Assembly: GCA_965541585.1 (NCBI GenBank)
Contig: CBEUCH010000007.1
Location: 113,055-177,054, forward strand
Reading direction: 5' to 3'
Source of the DNA: an uncultured bacterium
Lineage (GTDB): Bacteria; Zixibacteria; MSB-5A5; UBA10806
DNA: 64,000 nucleotides
The notes beneath the pieces were generated by a model that saw nothing but the letters and a program-made list of their open reading frames with translations, did not search any database and was not told where the DNA came from. Shown in pieces: positions 36,124-46,062 of this stretch (the first letter of the stretch is position 1; every line of letters begins with the position of its first letter). The position numbers and the translations under genes are program-made.

Positions 36124-37139
36124 GCTATGAGCCGGAGCCGGTGGCGAGGATTCTCAGAAAAGGAATCATCGAATCTATCCATTACGGCTCGGCTGCAGTG
36201 GTCAACGCCGATGGCAGCCTTCTATATCGAATCGGCGATCCCTATTTTGTAACATATTTGCGTTCCTCCGCCAAACCGTTTCAGGCTATACCGGTTGTAG
36301 AATCCGGAGCGGCCAGAGAATTCGGATTTACCTCGGCGGAAATCGCAATCATGACCGGTTCGCACTCGGGAAGCGATATTCATGTTCGGACCATTCAATC
36401 GATACTCGATAAAATAGGCCTCAGACCTGAACATTTGATGTGTGGCAGCCATCCGCCCATTAGCGATAAGTTATCAGGGCCGCTAAAGGATCCCGGAGCG
36501 CAACAGTCGGCCTTACACCATAATTGCTCCGGAAAGCACGCCGGGATGCTGGCGCTGGCGGTGTTCAAGAATTTATCTACGGATGATTATCTTTCGCCTG
36601 CTCATCCGGTTCAGCAGACTATAAGAAAAACAGTTGCAGAAATCTGCTGTTACCCTGAAGATAAGATCATGGTTGGAATCGACGGGTGCTCGGCGCCGAA
36701 CCATGCGCTGCCAATCTATAACATGGCTCTGGGATTCGCCCGTATGGTAACCCCGAATGCCGTGCCCAGGGATAAGGCCTTTGCCTATAGTGCCGTCGTT
36801 ATGGCGATGATGGAGCATCCCGAAATGGTGGCAGGCGACGGCAGGTTCGATACCACGTTGATCTCCTCTGCCGGTGAAAAACTGATCTGCAAGGTGGGTG
36901 CCGAGGCTCTGGAATGCTTTGCCTTTGTCGATCGCAAATTAGGAGCAGCCGTGAAAATAATCGACGGAACAAAAAGGGCTTTATTCCCAACGGCGGTTGA
37001 ATTTCTTTATAAAATGGGGGTGCGCTCCAGAACAGGTGAAGTAGATGAATTTCACAGACCGGTTATCAAAAATTGGAGGGGGCTCGATGTTGGCCACATT
37101 GACCCCGGATTCGAAATAAGGGAGGTAGATCATGAATGA
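36120..37139 (+). CDS. L-asparaginase II family protein
   Basis: ESIHYG, RSSAKPFQA, GSHSG, HNCSGKHAGML, DGCSAP, KVGAE. Confidence 0.88.
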   Translation: MSYEPEPVARILRKGIIESIHYGSAAVVNADGSLLYRIGDPYFVTYLRSSAKPFQAIPVVESGAAREFGFTSAEIAIMTGSHSGSDIHVRTIQSILDKIGLRPEHLMCGSHPPISDKLSGPLKDPGAQQSALHHNCSGKHAGMLALAVFKNLSTDDYLSPAHPVQQTIRKTVAEICCYPEDKIMVGIDGCSAPNHALPIYNMALGFARMVTPNAVPRDKAFAYSAVVMAMMEHPEMVAGDGRFDTTLISSAGEKLICKVGAEALECFAFVDRKLGAAVKIIDGTKRALFPTAVEFLYKMGVRSRTGEVDEFHRPVIKNWRGLDVGHIDPGFEIREVDHE

Positions 37140-37659
37140 AATCTTTCCATTGATTGATAGGATTTCCGATTCAAGTCTTCTATCGCGTACCATATCGTGC
37201 TGGGAGGAGGCAGTCAAAAGAGGTGGCTGGAGCAAACATGATCTGGATTCGATACCGTTTACGTTGCTTCCGGCAAAGTATAGACCCAGTATCGTGGCGC
37301 ACACAAACGGCGTTGCGGAATGTGCCGTAGCCATGGGCGAGGTCATCAAAAGGACCTACGGGACCAACATCGATCTTGATATGGATGTTCTCATCTCAGG
37401 GGCGATATTGCACGATGTGGGAAAGGTGCTGGAGTACGCGATAGAGAAAAAAGGATATGTTAAATCAAAATACGGAAAGCTCGTTCGTCATCCGATTTCC
37501 GGCGCCAGCCTGGCCGAGGAGGTTGCTCTTCCCCCGGAGGTTGTGCATATCATCTGGACCCACTCCCACGAGGGTGACAAAATGACTCGCACGTTGGAGT
37601 CGGTGCTTGTTCACCACGCCGATTTCGCCAATTTCGAAGTCCTGGGAGGGAAGGCGTAG
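37132..37659 (+). CDS. HD-superfamily (HDIG-type) metal-dependent phosphohydrolase
   Basis: H..., LHDVGK, RHPISG, HSH, HHADF. Confidence 0.85.
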   Translation: MNEIFPLIDRISDSSLLSRTISCWEEAVKRGGWSKHDLDSIPFTLLPAKYRPSIVAHTNGVAECAVAMGEVIKRTYGTNIDLDMDVLISGAILHDVGKVLEYAIEKKGYVKSKYGKLVRHPISGASLAEEVALPPEVVHIIWTHSHEGDKMTRTLESVLVHHADFANFEVLGGKA

Positions 37660-37912
37660 GCGGAATAGCGACGGATGGTTCCTTGTAAGATGGGCGTAAT
37701 GGGAGATTTTTCGGAATTCTGGTTATGCTATCAATATGGTTATGACTGACCGGAATCTAAAATATTAATGACGTTTTGGTGGGAGAGGATCAGAGGGGTC
37801 ATGGTTGATTCTCAGGTCGTCCCTCTGCAATGAGATCAGGATAGAGCGACTGCAAGCTTCTAACTTATTGACAATTAAGAAGATATAATAACAGAACTTA
37901 AGGGAGGAATAA

Positions 37913-39211
37913 ATGGCGCTTCAGCGAAGACAGGCCAATCTGAGTGTCGAACAGATACCGAAACTGTGGTACAATATTCTGCCGGATCTACCGGAACCAT
38001 TACCCCCGCCAAAGGACCCGGAAACAGGTGAATCGCGGCTTAAGGCTCTGCCGGAGATGCTATTGGGCGAATGTTTGAAGCAGGAATTCTCCGAGGAGAG
38101 GTGGATCGATATACCTGAGGAGCTGCAGGAGTTATATGCCCAGGCCGGGCGGCCCCGTCCATTATTCCGCGCCCTGAATCTCGAAAAACGGCTCGATACT
38201 CCGGCGCGCCTGTATTACAAGGGAGAATTCTTCAGTCCTACCGGAAGCCACAAGGTAAATACGGCTATTGCACAGGCCTATTATGCCAAAAAGGAGGGCT
38301 ATAAGAGGTTGACGACCGAAACCGGGGCCGGCCAGTGGGGTACTGCATTGGCTTATGGAGCCAGTCTGGCTGGCGTTAAATGCACCGTTTACTGGGTTCG
38401 AGCTGTCCACGATTGGAAACAGGACCGTCGAAATCTAATGGAGCTTCTTGGCGCCGAGGTGCATGCCTCGCCCAGCCCCGATACCGAATTCGGCAAAAGC
38501 CTTTATGAAAAGGATCATAATCATCCCGGCTCGCTGGGGATTGCCATTTCGGAAGGGCTTGAAGATTCCAGAAAGAATACCGATGCCGTCTACTGTCTGG
38601 GATCTGTATTGAACCACGTGCTTTTACATCAGACCATAATCGGCCTCGAGACAAAAAAACAATTTGAGATATTCGATGACTACCCTGATTTAGTTATTTC
38701 CTGTCTGGGGGGTGGCTCTAATTTCGGCGGCTTTGCCATACCTTTCATGCATGATGTCTTAAAAGAGGGCAAGAAAATAAAATTCATCGCCGCCCAGAGC
38801 CAGGTTTCCCCGAACCTCCAGGGCGAATACCGCTACGATTTTGCCGACTATGGCGAGAAAACGCCCATGCTCAAAATGTTCACGCTGGGACATCAGACGG
38901 ATATGGATCCCATCAAAGGCGATGGCCTGCGGTACCATGGCTGTTCCCCGATATTGAGTTTGATGCGCCATCACAAGTATATTGATACGGTGGCTTACCC
39001 CAAAGACGAAAAACATGTATTCAGCCAGACTCGAAGATTTATTCAGGCTGAAGGTTTTCTACCGGCGCCGGAGTCTGCTTATAGCGTCGCTTGCGCCATC
39101 GATGAAGCATTGAAATGCAAAGAATCGGGCGACAAAAAGGTCATAGCTTTTAACGTTAGCGGTCATGGCTTCATGGATATCCCCGGTTACCGCGAGGTTC
39201 TGGGTTTGTGA
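37913..39211 (+). CDS. trpB2: Type 2 tryptophan synthase beta (TrpB2), stand-alone
   Basis: WYNILPDLP, RPRPLFRA, GSHKVNTA (PLP Lys), TETGAGQWG, GSLGIAISE, GSVLNHVLLHQT, GGGSNF, GLRYHG, PAPES, SGHG; no trpA nearby. Confidence 0.92.
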   Translation: MALQRRQANLSVEQIPKLWYNILPDLPEPLPPPKDPETGESRLKALPEMLLGECLKQEFSEERWIDIPEELQELYAQAGRPRPLFRALNLEKRLDTPARLYYKGEFFSPTGSHKVNTAIAQAYYAKKEGYKRLTTETGAGQWGTALAYGASLAGVKCTVYWVRAVHDWKQDRRNLMELLGAEVHASPSPDTEFGKSLYEKDHNHPGSLGIAISEGLEDSRKNTDAVYCLGSVLNHVLLHQTIIGLETKKQFEIFDDYPDLVISCLGGGSNFGGFAIPFMHDVLKEGKKIKFIAAQSQVSPNLQGEYRYDFADYGEKTPMLKMFTLGHQTDMDPIKGDGLRYHGCSPILSLMRHHKYIDTVAYPKDEKHVFSQTRRFIQAEGFLPAPESAYSVACAIDEALKCKESGDKKVIAFNVSGHGFMDIPGYREVLGL

Positions 39212-39393
39212 TTGATAGCAGAGCTTTGTAAGGTTATGCAAACCTGTCAGTTTATGGGAAGGCGGAGTGAAAAAGATCACCTGCAGAGCTGAATCAAGAT
39301 CGATCTCTATGCGGTACATTTGCATGGCGGGGGTCTTCCTCGGTATACAGGTTTCGCGATTTTTCTCCGGTACGCTTTCAAAACCGTTAAATC

Positions 39394-39422
39394 TTGACAA
39401 GGAAAATGTCGGTTTGTATCAT
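39394..39422 (+). promoter_or_regulatory. Putative sigma70 promoter upstream of the aminotransferase
   Basis: TTGACA (39394-39399), 17 nt, TATCAT (39417-39422). Confidence 0.65.
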
Positions 39423-39587
39423 TGCCGAGAGTGACGGGATTGAAGTCATTTCCGGACTATTTCATTCGGAATGGAGTCAAGCCCCGGAGGTTGGGATCGC
39501 GAAAATAATTGGAAAAGTGATTAGAATCCGGGATTTCAGGCTAATTTGGTAAGTGCATTGTACATAATGGATTGTTGAGGTAGCGTG

Positions 39588-40751
39588 ATGAAACTGGCTG
39601 AGAGAATGTCACGATTGGGCACGGAAACGGCATTCGTGGTGCTTGCTAAAGCGAAGCAACTTGAAGCGCAGGGGAAGGAAATTATTCACCTTGAGATAGG
39701 TGAACCGGATTTTGACACTCCGCGCAATATCATAGACGCCGCCATCGGTGCTTTACGGGACGGATGGACTCATTATGGGCCGTCTGCGGGTCTGCCGGAA
39801 TTGCGGGAGGCCGTAGCCGATGAGGTTACGCGAACAAGGGGCGTGAAGGTCGATCCCGCGGAGGTGGTTATAACGCCCGGCGGGAAGCCGGTTATGTTTT
39901 TTGCCATGCTGGCCCTGATAAACGATGGCGACGAGGTCATCTACCCAAATCCCGGTTTTCCCATCTATGAATCGGTAATAAATTTTATCGGTGCTAAACC
40001 GGTGCCGATTCGGTTAAGGGAAGAGAATCGGTTCCGTCTCGATGTCGACGAACTGGCTTCCTTGGTGACCCCGAAAACCAAAATGATAGTGGTTAATTCG
40101 CCTCAGAATCCGACCGGTTCGGTTCTAACGGAAGAGGATTTGAGAGCTATAGCTGATGTATCCATCGAGAACGACATAATCGTCCTCTCCGACGAGATAT
40201 ATTCTCGGACGATTTATGACGGCGAGCATCGATCCATGTATGGTTTTAATGGTATGCCTGAAAGAATGATAATCCTCGATGGCTATTCCAAGACCTATGC
40301 TATGACCGGTTGGCGACTTGGTTACGGGGTGATGCCGGCGGCCCTTGCCGAGCAGGTGGCCAAGCTGCAGACCAATTGTAACTCATGTACCGCCAGCTTC
40401 TCGCAGATAGCCGGAATATCGGCGTTGACCGGCCCTCAGACTGAAGTGGAGGCCATGAACAATGAGTTTAGAAAAAGGCGAGACATAGTGGTTGAGGGAT
40501 TAAATCAAATCAAGAACGTTGACTGCCAGGTCCCCGACGGCGCCTTTTATGTTTTTCCAAACGTCTCACGAGCGGGCCTGAAATCGGAGGAATTGGCCGA
40601 TAGGATCCTCCGGGAAGCCGGAGTGGCTGTTCTGTCCGGAACCTCCTTTGGATCTTTCGGAGAGGGGTTTATAAGAATCTCCTACGCCAATTCAATCGAC
40701 AATATCAATAACGCCCTGGGCCGGTTAATGGACTTTTTTGGCAAGATATAG
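39588..40751 (+). CDS. Class I/II PLP-dependent aminotransferase (aspartate aminotransferase-like)
   Basis: IGEPDFDTP, HYGPSAGLPELR, NSPQNPTG, SDEIY, GYSKTYAMTGWRLG, GAFYVFP, IRISYA. Confidence 0.92.
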   Translation: MKLAERMSRLGTETAFVVLAKAKQLEAQGKEIIHLEIGEPDFDTPRNIIDAAIGALRDGWTHYGPSAGLPELREAVADEVTRTRGVKVDPAEVVITPGGKPVMFFAMLALINDGDEVIYPNPGFPIYESVINFIGAKPVPIRLREENRFRLDVDELASLVTPKTKMIVVNSPQNPTGSVLTEEDLRAIADVSIENDIIVLSDEIYSRTIYDGEHRSMYGFNGMPERMIILDGYSKTYAMTGWRLGYGVMPAALAEQVAKLQTNCNSCTASFSQIAGISALTGPQTEVEAMNNEFRKRRDIVVEGLNQIKNVDCQVPDGAFYVFPNVSRAGLKSEELADRILREAGVAVLSGTSFGSFGEGFIRISYANSIDNINNALGRLMDFFGKI

Positions 40752-40898
40752 CCATTCCGCAGCCCGGAACAAAATGTCTTTCCCGTCTGTTGCCCCGTTA
40801 AGGAAAAGCGGTTATTGCCGAACTTCGCGGATAGGGCAGGGTTTTTAGGTTAGGTTTTATGGCAGGATTTGAGGGCCGAAAATATCGTAAAAAAACAG

Positions 40899-40927
40899 TT
40901 GACTTGACCAGGGGTCTCTCCTATAGT
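40899..40927 (+). promoter_or_regulatory. Putative sigma70 promoter of the TBDR operon, giving a ~190-nt leader
   Basis: TTGACT (40899-40904), 17 nt, TATAGT (40922-40927). Confidence 0.6.
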
Positions 40928-41122
40928 TTTTCCGCCTTGCGGTGACTTGGCAGCGTCTAGGCATTTATAGGGCATTTGATTGAATTGCTTGTACCAAGGA
41001 GGGAGTCATTACTTTTAGAATCATTTTAAACAAATGGAGGTATGAAGAGGAAAAAAGAGCTATTATTTTTTCAACGTTAGTTACATTAAATCCAAATAAC
41101 ATCTTTAAAGGAGGGATGAAAC

Positions 41123-44100
41123 TTGTATCGAAAGCCTGTATTTAGACTGGCTGCGGTGATCCTGGCGTTGCTGGTTGTTTCGTCGGCATGGGCTGGCACA
41201 ACCGGAAAGATCGCCGGAAAGGTTCTCGACAGAGATTCGGGCGAACCTCTTCCAGGGGTTAGCATACTGATCAAGGGAACCACCACCGGGGCAGCCACAA
41301 ACATTCAGGGTGAGTTTTTTATCATCAATGTTCAGCCGGGCGAATACGACCTGCGAGCAACGCTGGTTGGTTACGGCCCGGTGGAGGTCGAGAAGGTCAG
41401 GGTTACCATCGATTTAACGACAACAGTTGATATTGATCTGAGCACGCAAACTATCGATATGGGAACCATAACCGTCGAGGCCCAACGTCCATTGATTGAG
41501 AAAGATCTCACCTCATCACGCATTCTGATTGCCTCAACGCAGATAACCAATTCGGCCGTTGACGGCCTTGAAGACGCCGTCAGCTTAGCTGCCGGTTCTG
41601 TGCTGGGGGCTTTCCGTGGCGGGAGAGGGAATCAGGGTGAAGTGATCTACATGCTCGACGGTGTCAACGTTGGCAACCCCATCGGATCCACTCACAGGGG
41701 CACCAATCCCGGACAGGGTAATAACGCCCTGGCCACTGTAATACCCAACGAGGCCGTAGCTGAAGCCGAGGTTTTAACGGGCGGTTTTGGGGCGGAATAC
41801 CCCAGTGTCCAGTCCGCAGTCATCAATGTCGTTACCAAAACGGGTGGCGAAAAATACACCGGGAAAATAAAATCCAAGTCGTCTCCGGAGGTTATTTTCG
41901 GCCGGGAAAACATGGAAGATGATACCTATAATCTCGACTGGGCTGCGCCCGGAAGTACCGTCGTCCTGAGGAGAGCGAAGATTGATGATAAGAACCGCTC
42001 TGATTTCTACGACATGCGCCAGCATGAGTTTTCCTTCGGCGGACCGGTTCCGATCGAGAAATTTGATATCCCGGGCAAGCTGTCATTTTTCACCTCGGGT
42101 ATCTATTCCACCCACCGTTCCTATGAGGACCAGAGAGGCTGGGCAAAATCCGGTTCCGTTCAGGGTAAGCTGACCTATGAGATCAGTTCGTCGAAGAAAT
42201 TGACAGTTAGCGGTTTGAAATCATCGGGAAGCCAACTGGGTTGGGCCAGGCACCATCTGCTGAACCTCACATGGGGAGAACCTACTTACTACCACAGAAC
42301 CGATGTTGACATAGCAACCGGGGAGACCGTGGCAGTTGATACCTTTTATACGCCCTATAGCTGGATTCTGGGGCCGGGGTTCAGCGAGACCAACGTCGCG
42401 GCTGACGTAGTAGACTACTGGATTGCCCAGTATGGCGATAATTCCTGGGATGCCGATTCGGTTCAGGCCTACTTCGACGCCAATTTCGATGAAGCCACCT
42501 ATTTCGAATGGGCTGAGATGCCGGATTCCATCAGAGGGGGCGCCGCCGATTACATCGAGGGCCTTGGATATGCTCGTCGGTACACAAATTACGACAGCGG
42601 CAATACGATAGGTCGTCCGGAATACTGGTCCAACGAATTCAGCATAAAATTTACCAACAACATCAGCTCCAAGAGCTTCTACAATCTGAGTTACTCCAGG
42701 TTTCTGACCGCTCAAAGGATAAGAGTGTATGATCCCTGGGACGGTCATCCGCTTTCCCACGACGAATTCGCAGATCCCAGAATAGGCGCTCCCCCGATCA
42801 CGGCTATCCAGTCCTCCCAGCTGTGGGCCAACCCGATGTATATCCACCGCTTCAGACAGGATGACGAGGCCTTAACTCGATCGCTCAAAGGAGATATCAC
42901 AGCCCAGGTTAACTCCAACAACCTGGTGAAATTCGGCACGGAGATAAACTGGTATGATCTCCTTTACAATTACGAGTCATACGCTTCCGGCGGCAATGAG
43001 TACACCTCTCAATACGAGGAAAGCCCATTCCAGATCGGGGTATATGCTCAGGATAAGATCGAGACCGAGGGAATGATCATCAATATTGGGTTGAGATACG
43101 ACTATTTTGATCCCAAGACGATAGTTCCATTCAATGTTAATGATCCGCTTAATACTCCTTATGCCGATGTCAATAATCCTCTTTACGGTGAAGCCTGGGA
43201 TCTGGAAGCCAGGTTGAAGAACGGGGTTCCCGCCAGCAAGAAACAGCAGTTGTCACCGAGAGTTGGTGTCAGCTATCCGATTACAGAGAATGACGTTCTG
43301 CACGTTACTTATGGTCACTACTTCCAGCTTCCTGTTTTTGACGATTTCTATTACAACCACGCTTTTGATTTGAGAGGTGCGTTTAAATACATCGGCAATC
43401 CCGACCTCAACGAACAGAAGACAGTCGCATACGAAGCCGGAATTGAGCATGGTTTCAATGATTTTGTAAAGCTCTCCGTTGTCGGCTTCTATAAGGATAT
43501 CGCGGATCTGGTGAATAATAAGAGGTTTTCGAATCCCCAGACCGGATATGTTTTCTGGATCAATGAAAACTCCGACTATGCTCGCGTCAAAGGATTCGAG
43601 CTGACAATGACCCAGCGTCCATGGAATAATTTGTCGGGCATTGTCTCCTATACATTCCAGGTAGCCAGGGGCAAGGCCTCGGATCAGCAGCAGTCATTCT
43701 TGGATGACTACAATAACAGAAAACCGCGGACTGAGGATTTCCCGCTTGATTGGGATCAGCGACACACGGCGAAGGCCAACATCAATTACAGGATTCCGCC
43801 GGTTCAGGGTCCGATTCTGGGCGATTGGGGATTTGATGTAGTTTACGTCTACGGCTCAGGCAGGCCATATACCGGCACCTCGACAGTTAGACCGCCAAAT
43901 CTGCCACCCATCAACGAGGAGAGATTTCCGGCTGAATGGAGATTGGATCTGCGCGTAGATAAAGGTATTAATCTCTACGAGCAATACAATCTCAATGCCT
44001 TTATCGAGATCCGGAATCTGACTGATAGGGCAAACATAACCCGGGCAGTGGATTTGGAAAAGTACGAACTAACTGATGATCCCGCCGGTCAATTCGGTGA

Positions 44101-44158
44101 CCCGGACGTTTACTCTTCACCCAGGAGGATTCTGCTGGGAATGCAGTTATCATTCTAA
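41123..44158 (+). CDS. TonB-dependent receptor with an N-terminal carboxypeptidase-regulatory-like domain
   Basis: TTG start after AAGGAGG; signal ending AWA-G; GTTGKIAGKV; plug RGGR..EVIYMLDGV..VLTGGFGAEY; barrel YAQDKIE..NIGLRYDYFDP, SPRVGVSYPI, GNPDL..QKTVAYE, DWDQRH; ends PRRILLGMQLSF. Confidence 0.92.
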   Translation: MYRKPVFRLAAVILALLVVSSAWAGTTGKIAGKVLDRDSGEPLPGVSILIKGTTTGAATNIQGEFFIINVQPGEYDLRATLVGYGPVEVEKVRVTIDLTTTVDIDLSTQTIDMGTITVEAQRPLIEKDLTSSRILIASTQITNSAVDGLEDAVSLAAGSVLGAFRGGRGNQGEVIYMLDGVNVGNPIGSTHRGTNPGQGNNALATVIPNEAVAEAEVLTGGFGAEYPSVQSAVINVVTKTGGEKYTGKIKSKSSPEVIFGRENMEDDTYNLDWAAPGSTVVLRRAKIDDKNRSDFYDMRQHEFSFGGPVPIEKFDIPGKLSFFTSGIYSTHRSYEDQRGWAKSGSVQGKLTYEISSSKKLTVSGLKSSGSQLGWARHHLLNLTWGEPTYYHRTDVDIATGETVAVDTFYTPYSWILGPGFSETNVAADVVDYWIAQYGDNSWDADSVQAYFDANFDEATYFEWAEMPDSIRGGAADYIEGLGYARRYTNYDSGNTIGRPEYWSNEFSIKFTNNISSKSFYNLSYSRFLTAQRIRVYDPWDGHPLSHDEFADPRIGAPPITAIQSSQLWANPMYIHRFRQDDEALTRSLKGDITAQVNSNNLVKFGTEINWYDLLYNYESYASGGNEYTSQYEESPFQIGVYAQDKIETEGMIINIGLRYDYFDPKTIVPFNVNDPLNTPYADVNNPLYGEAWDLEARLKNGVPASKKQQLSPRVGVSYPITENDVLHVTYGHYFQLPVFDDFYYNHAFDLRGAFKYIGNPDLNEQKTVAYEAGIEHGFNDFVKLSVVGFYKDIADLVNNKRFSNPQTGYVFWINENSDYARVKGFELTMTQRPWNNLSGIVSYTFQVARGKASDQQQSFLDDYNNRKPRTEDFPLDWDQRHTAKANINYRIPPVQGPILGDWGFDVVYVYGSGRPYTGTSTVRPPNLPPINEERFPAEWRLDLRVDKGINLYEQYNLNAFIEIRNLTDRANITRAVDLEKYELTDDPAGQFGDPDVYSSPRRILLGMQLSF

Positions 44159-44210
44159 GTAGGGTCTCTGAAACAGATTGCCTGATCAAATTCAGGGAGG
44201 ATTAATAAAG

Positions 44211-46040
44211 ATGCAAAAAAAAGTAATTAAGGGGGTCAGCGGCGGGCTGATAATGCTCACTCTGATACTATTTATCGGTCTGCCGGCCTGGGCCATAGAT
44301 AAAGAACTGGCTGAAAATCCCCTGCTGCGTTTCCAGGGCTTTGCCAAGCCGGCGGCTGCAGTTGACATTATCTGTGATGTAGGGATGGTACAGAATAGAA
44401 TCACTAATTCCACTGTTGAGGTGAATACGGGGACCAACGACTGGACTATCTTGTTCGGGGATGATTCCGCTGAGAAGCCCTCGATGATATGGCTGTTTCC
44501 ATCCGTCTATTCCCAGAACATGTATCTGTATTTCGGAAGCCTACGGATCGGTCAGGGGAACAAGCTGGTTCATCTGTCAACTGATACCTCGCCCGGCATC
44601 ACCACAAATTCTATCAATACCGACCCCAGTGCCATAAGCCATCTGGATACCTATTTTGAGATTTCGGATCAGTCGAGTCTGGTGGCGGAGGCAGATAAGT
44701 TCAATATTGAGGTTCATGCCGCGACCTATGCCTGGTCGGAAACGTACCGGGATGATTTCATCATTTACGATTTCCAGATCATCAATCTCAATGCCACGGC
44801 GCTGGAGGACATGTACGTCGCTTTCCATCAGGATTGCGATATATCGGGTGCCGGCGGCGGTTCGGGCACACAGGGTTTCTGGCGTGATGATAAACCCGGC
44901 TACTACCGGGACGACGTGAATAAGGAATACATCTCCTACATGCACGATGCGGATAATCCCACAATCGCGGGCGATGACACCGGCGGTAAGTTCTTGCCGA
45001 AAGAGTCGAGCGGTTATATCGGAGCCAGGCTGCTCTATTGCCCGCCGGTAATGGGTTCTTCCGAACCTAGCGTGCAATCGGGGCATGGCTGGTGGGACTG
45101 GAACTCCGACCCCGGCGCTGATGCCGACTGGATGGCGCTTATGTCGGACGGCCTGTGGCTGGATCCTCCGCCATCACCCCACGACTTCCGTTATCTGCAG
45201 AAGCTTGGCCCGTTTGAGATTGGCGGCGGCGATTCCATCAGGGTAGTAGTAGGCTTCGGAATTGGCGAGGGTCTTGAAGGTTTACGAGCCAATCTCGCCT
45301 GGGCTGATTCGCTGTTTAAGCTCAATTGGGTAGGCCCTTCGGCCCCGACGACACCCGTGTTTTCTCTCACTCCCGGCGATAGGGAGGTTGATATATCATG
45401 GGATACGTCGGCAGAAACCACACCGGATCCCGCCACCGGCGAACTCGACTTCGAGGGTTATCGCCTCTGGCGGAAAACTGGTGCGGCTGGTACCTGGACG
45501 CTTTTGATGGAGTGCGACCTGGTCAACTCGATCGGACACAACACCGGTTTGGTCCATTCTTACCTCGATACCGACGTCAGCAACGGGTTCCAGTATGGCT
45601 ATGTTGTCACGGCTTTCGACCGTGGCGAGCCCGAGAACGGAATAGAATCATTTGAGTCGGGCAAGGGTGGATTTGTATTGGTGGAGCCCGGTCTGGACTC
45701 TCCGACCGCACACGCGGATATCACCGGTATTCACGTGGTGCCCAATCCGTTTGTCAAATCGTCTCCCGCAGGTTTCGGATTCAATCCGGACCAGGTGAAT
45801 CCATCTGAGGAGAGAATTCTGTTCGTGAATCTGCCGAATGATGCGGAAGCCACCGTTACCGTTTACTCCTTGACCGGCGACGAGGTTATCACGTTGGAAA
45901 AGGATTTTGATCTTCAAGCGGTAAGCTGGGATCTGATTACCAAATCAAGGCAGATGATAGTATCGGGCGTTTACCTGTATGTCGTTGAGTCACCCGAACT
46001 CGATGAAGACTTCATCGGCAAGTTCATGGTAGTACGTTAA
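44211..46040 (+). CDS. Secreted acidic protein with an FN3 domain and a T9SS type A-like CTD
   Basis: Signal ending AWA-I; FN3 PGDREVDISWD..DFEGYRLWR..YLDTDVSNG..Y.YVVTAFD; CTD IHVVPNPF..FVNLP..VYSLTGD.V..WDL....IVSGVYLYVVE..GKFMVVR. Confidence 0.82.
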   Translation: MQKKVIKGVSGGLIMLTLILFIGLPAWAIDKELAENPLLRFQGFAKPAAAVDIICDVGMVQNRITNSTVEVNTGTNDWTILFGDDSAEKPSMIWLFPSVYSQNMYLYFGSLRIGQGNKLVHLSTDTSPGITTNSINTDPSAISHLDTYFEISDQSSLVAEADKFNIEVHAATYAWSETYRDDFIIYDFQIINLNATALEDMYVAFHQDCDISGAGGGSGTQGFWRDDKPGYYRDDVNKEYISYMHDADNPTIAGDDTGGKFLPKESSGYIGARLLYCPPVMGSSEPSVQSGHGWWDWNSDPGADADWMALMSDGLWLDPPPSPHDFRYLQKLGPFEIGGGDSIRVVVGFGIGEGLEGLRANLAWADSLFKLNWVGPSAPTTPVFSLTPGDREVDISWDTSAETTPDPATGELDFEGYRLWRKTGAAGTWTLLMECDLVNSIGHNTGLVHSYLDTDVSNGFQYGYVVTAFDRGEPENGIESFESGKGGFVLVEPGLDSPTAHADITGIHVVPNPFVKSSPAGFGFNPDQVNPSEERILFVNLPNDAEATVTVYSLTGDEVITLEKDFDLQAVSWDLITKSRQMIVSGVYLYVVESPELDEDFIGKFMVVR

Positions 46041-46062
46041 GAAAGTGGAGGTTAGAGAAAAA

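Noticed and set aside
37660..37912. T-box, Trp attenuator or sigma70 promoter upstream of trpB2
   Set aside because: No T-box sequence or Trp-rich leader peptide. TTGACA (37868) and TATAAT (37884) are only 10 nt apart, and the CAGAGGG/CCCTCTG repeat alone is too weak.
40766..40791. SigR-type GGAAC-N18-GTT site upstream of the TBDR operon
   Set aside because: The motif is short enough to occur by chance, lies about 330 nt from the gene, and a better sigma70 promoter is closer.
41042..41080. Leader peptide MKRKKELLFFQR in the TBDR 5' region
   Set aside because: GGAGG is only 1 nt from the ATG and no attenuator structure is evident.
41123..46040. Calling the TBDR and next gene SusC/SusD
   Set aside because: The downstream protein has a cleavable signal, FN3 and a CTD rather than a lipobox with TPR/SusD features, and the TBDR lacks SusC signature motifs.
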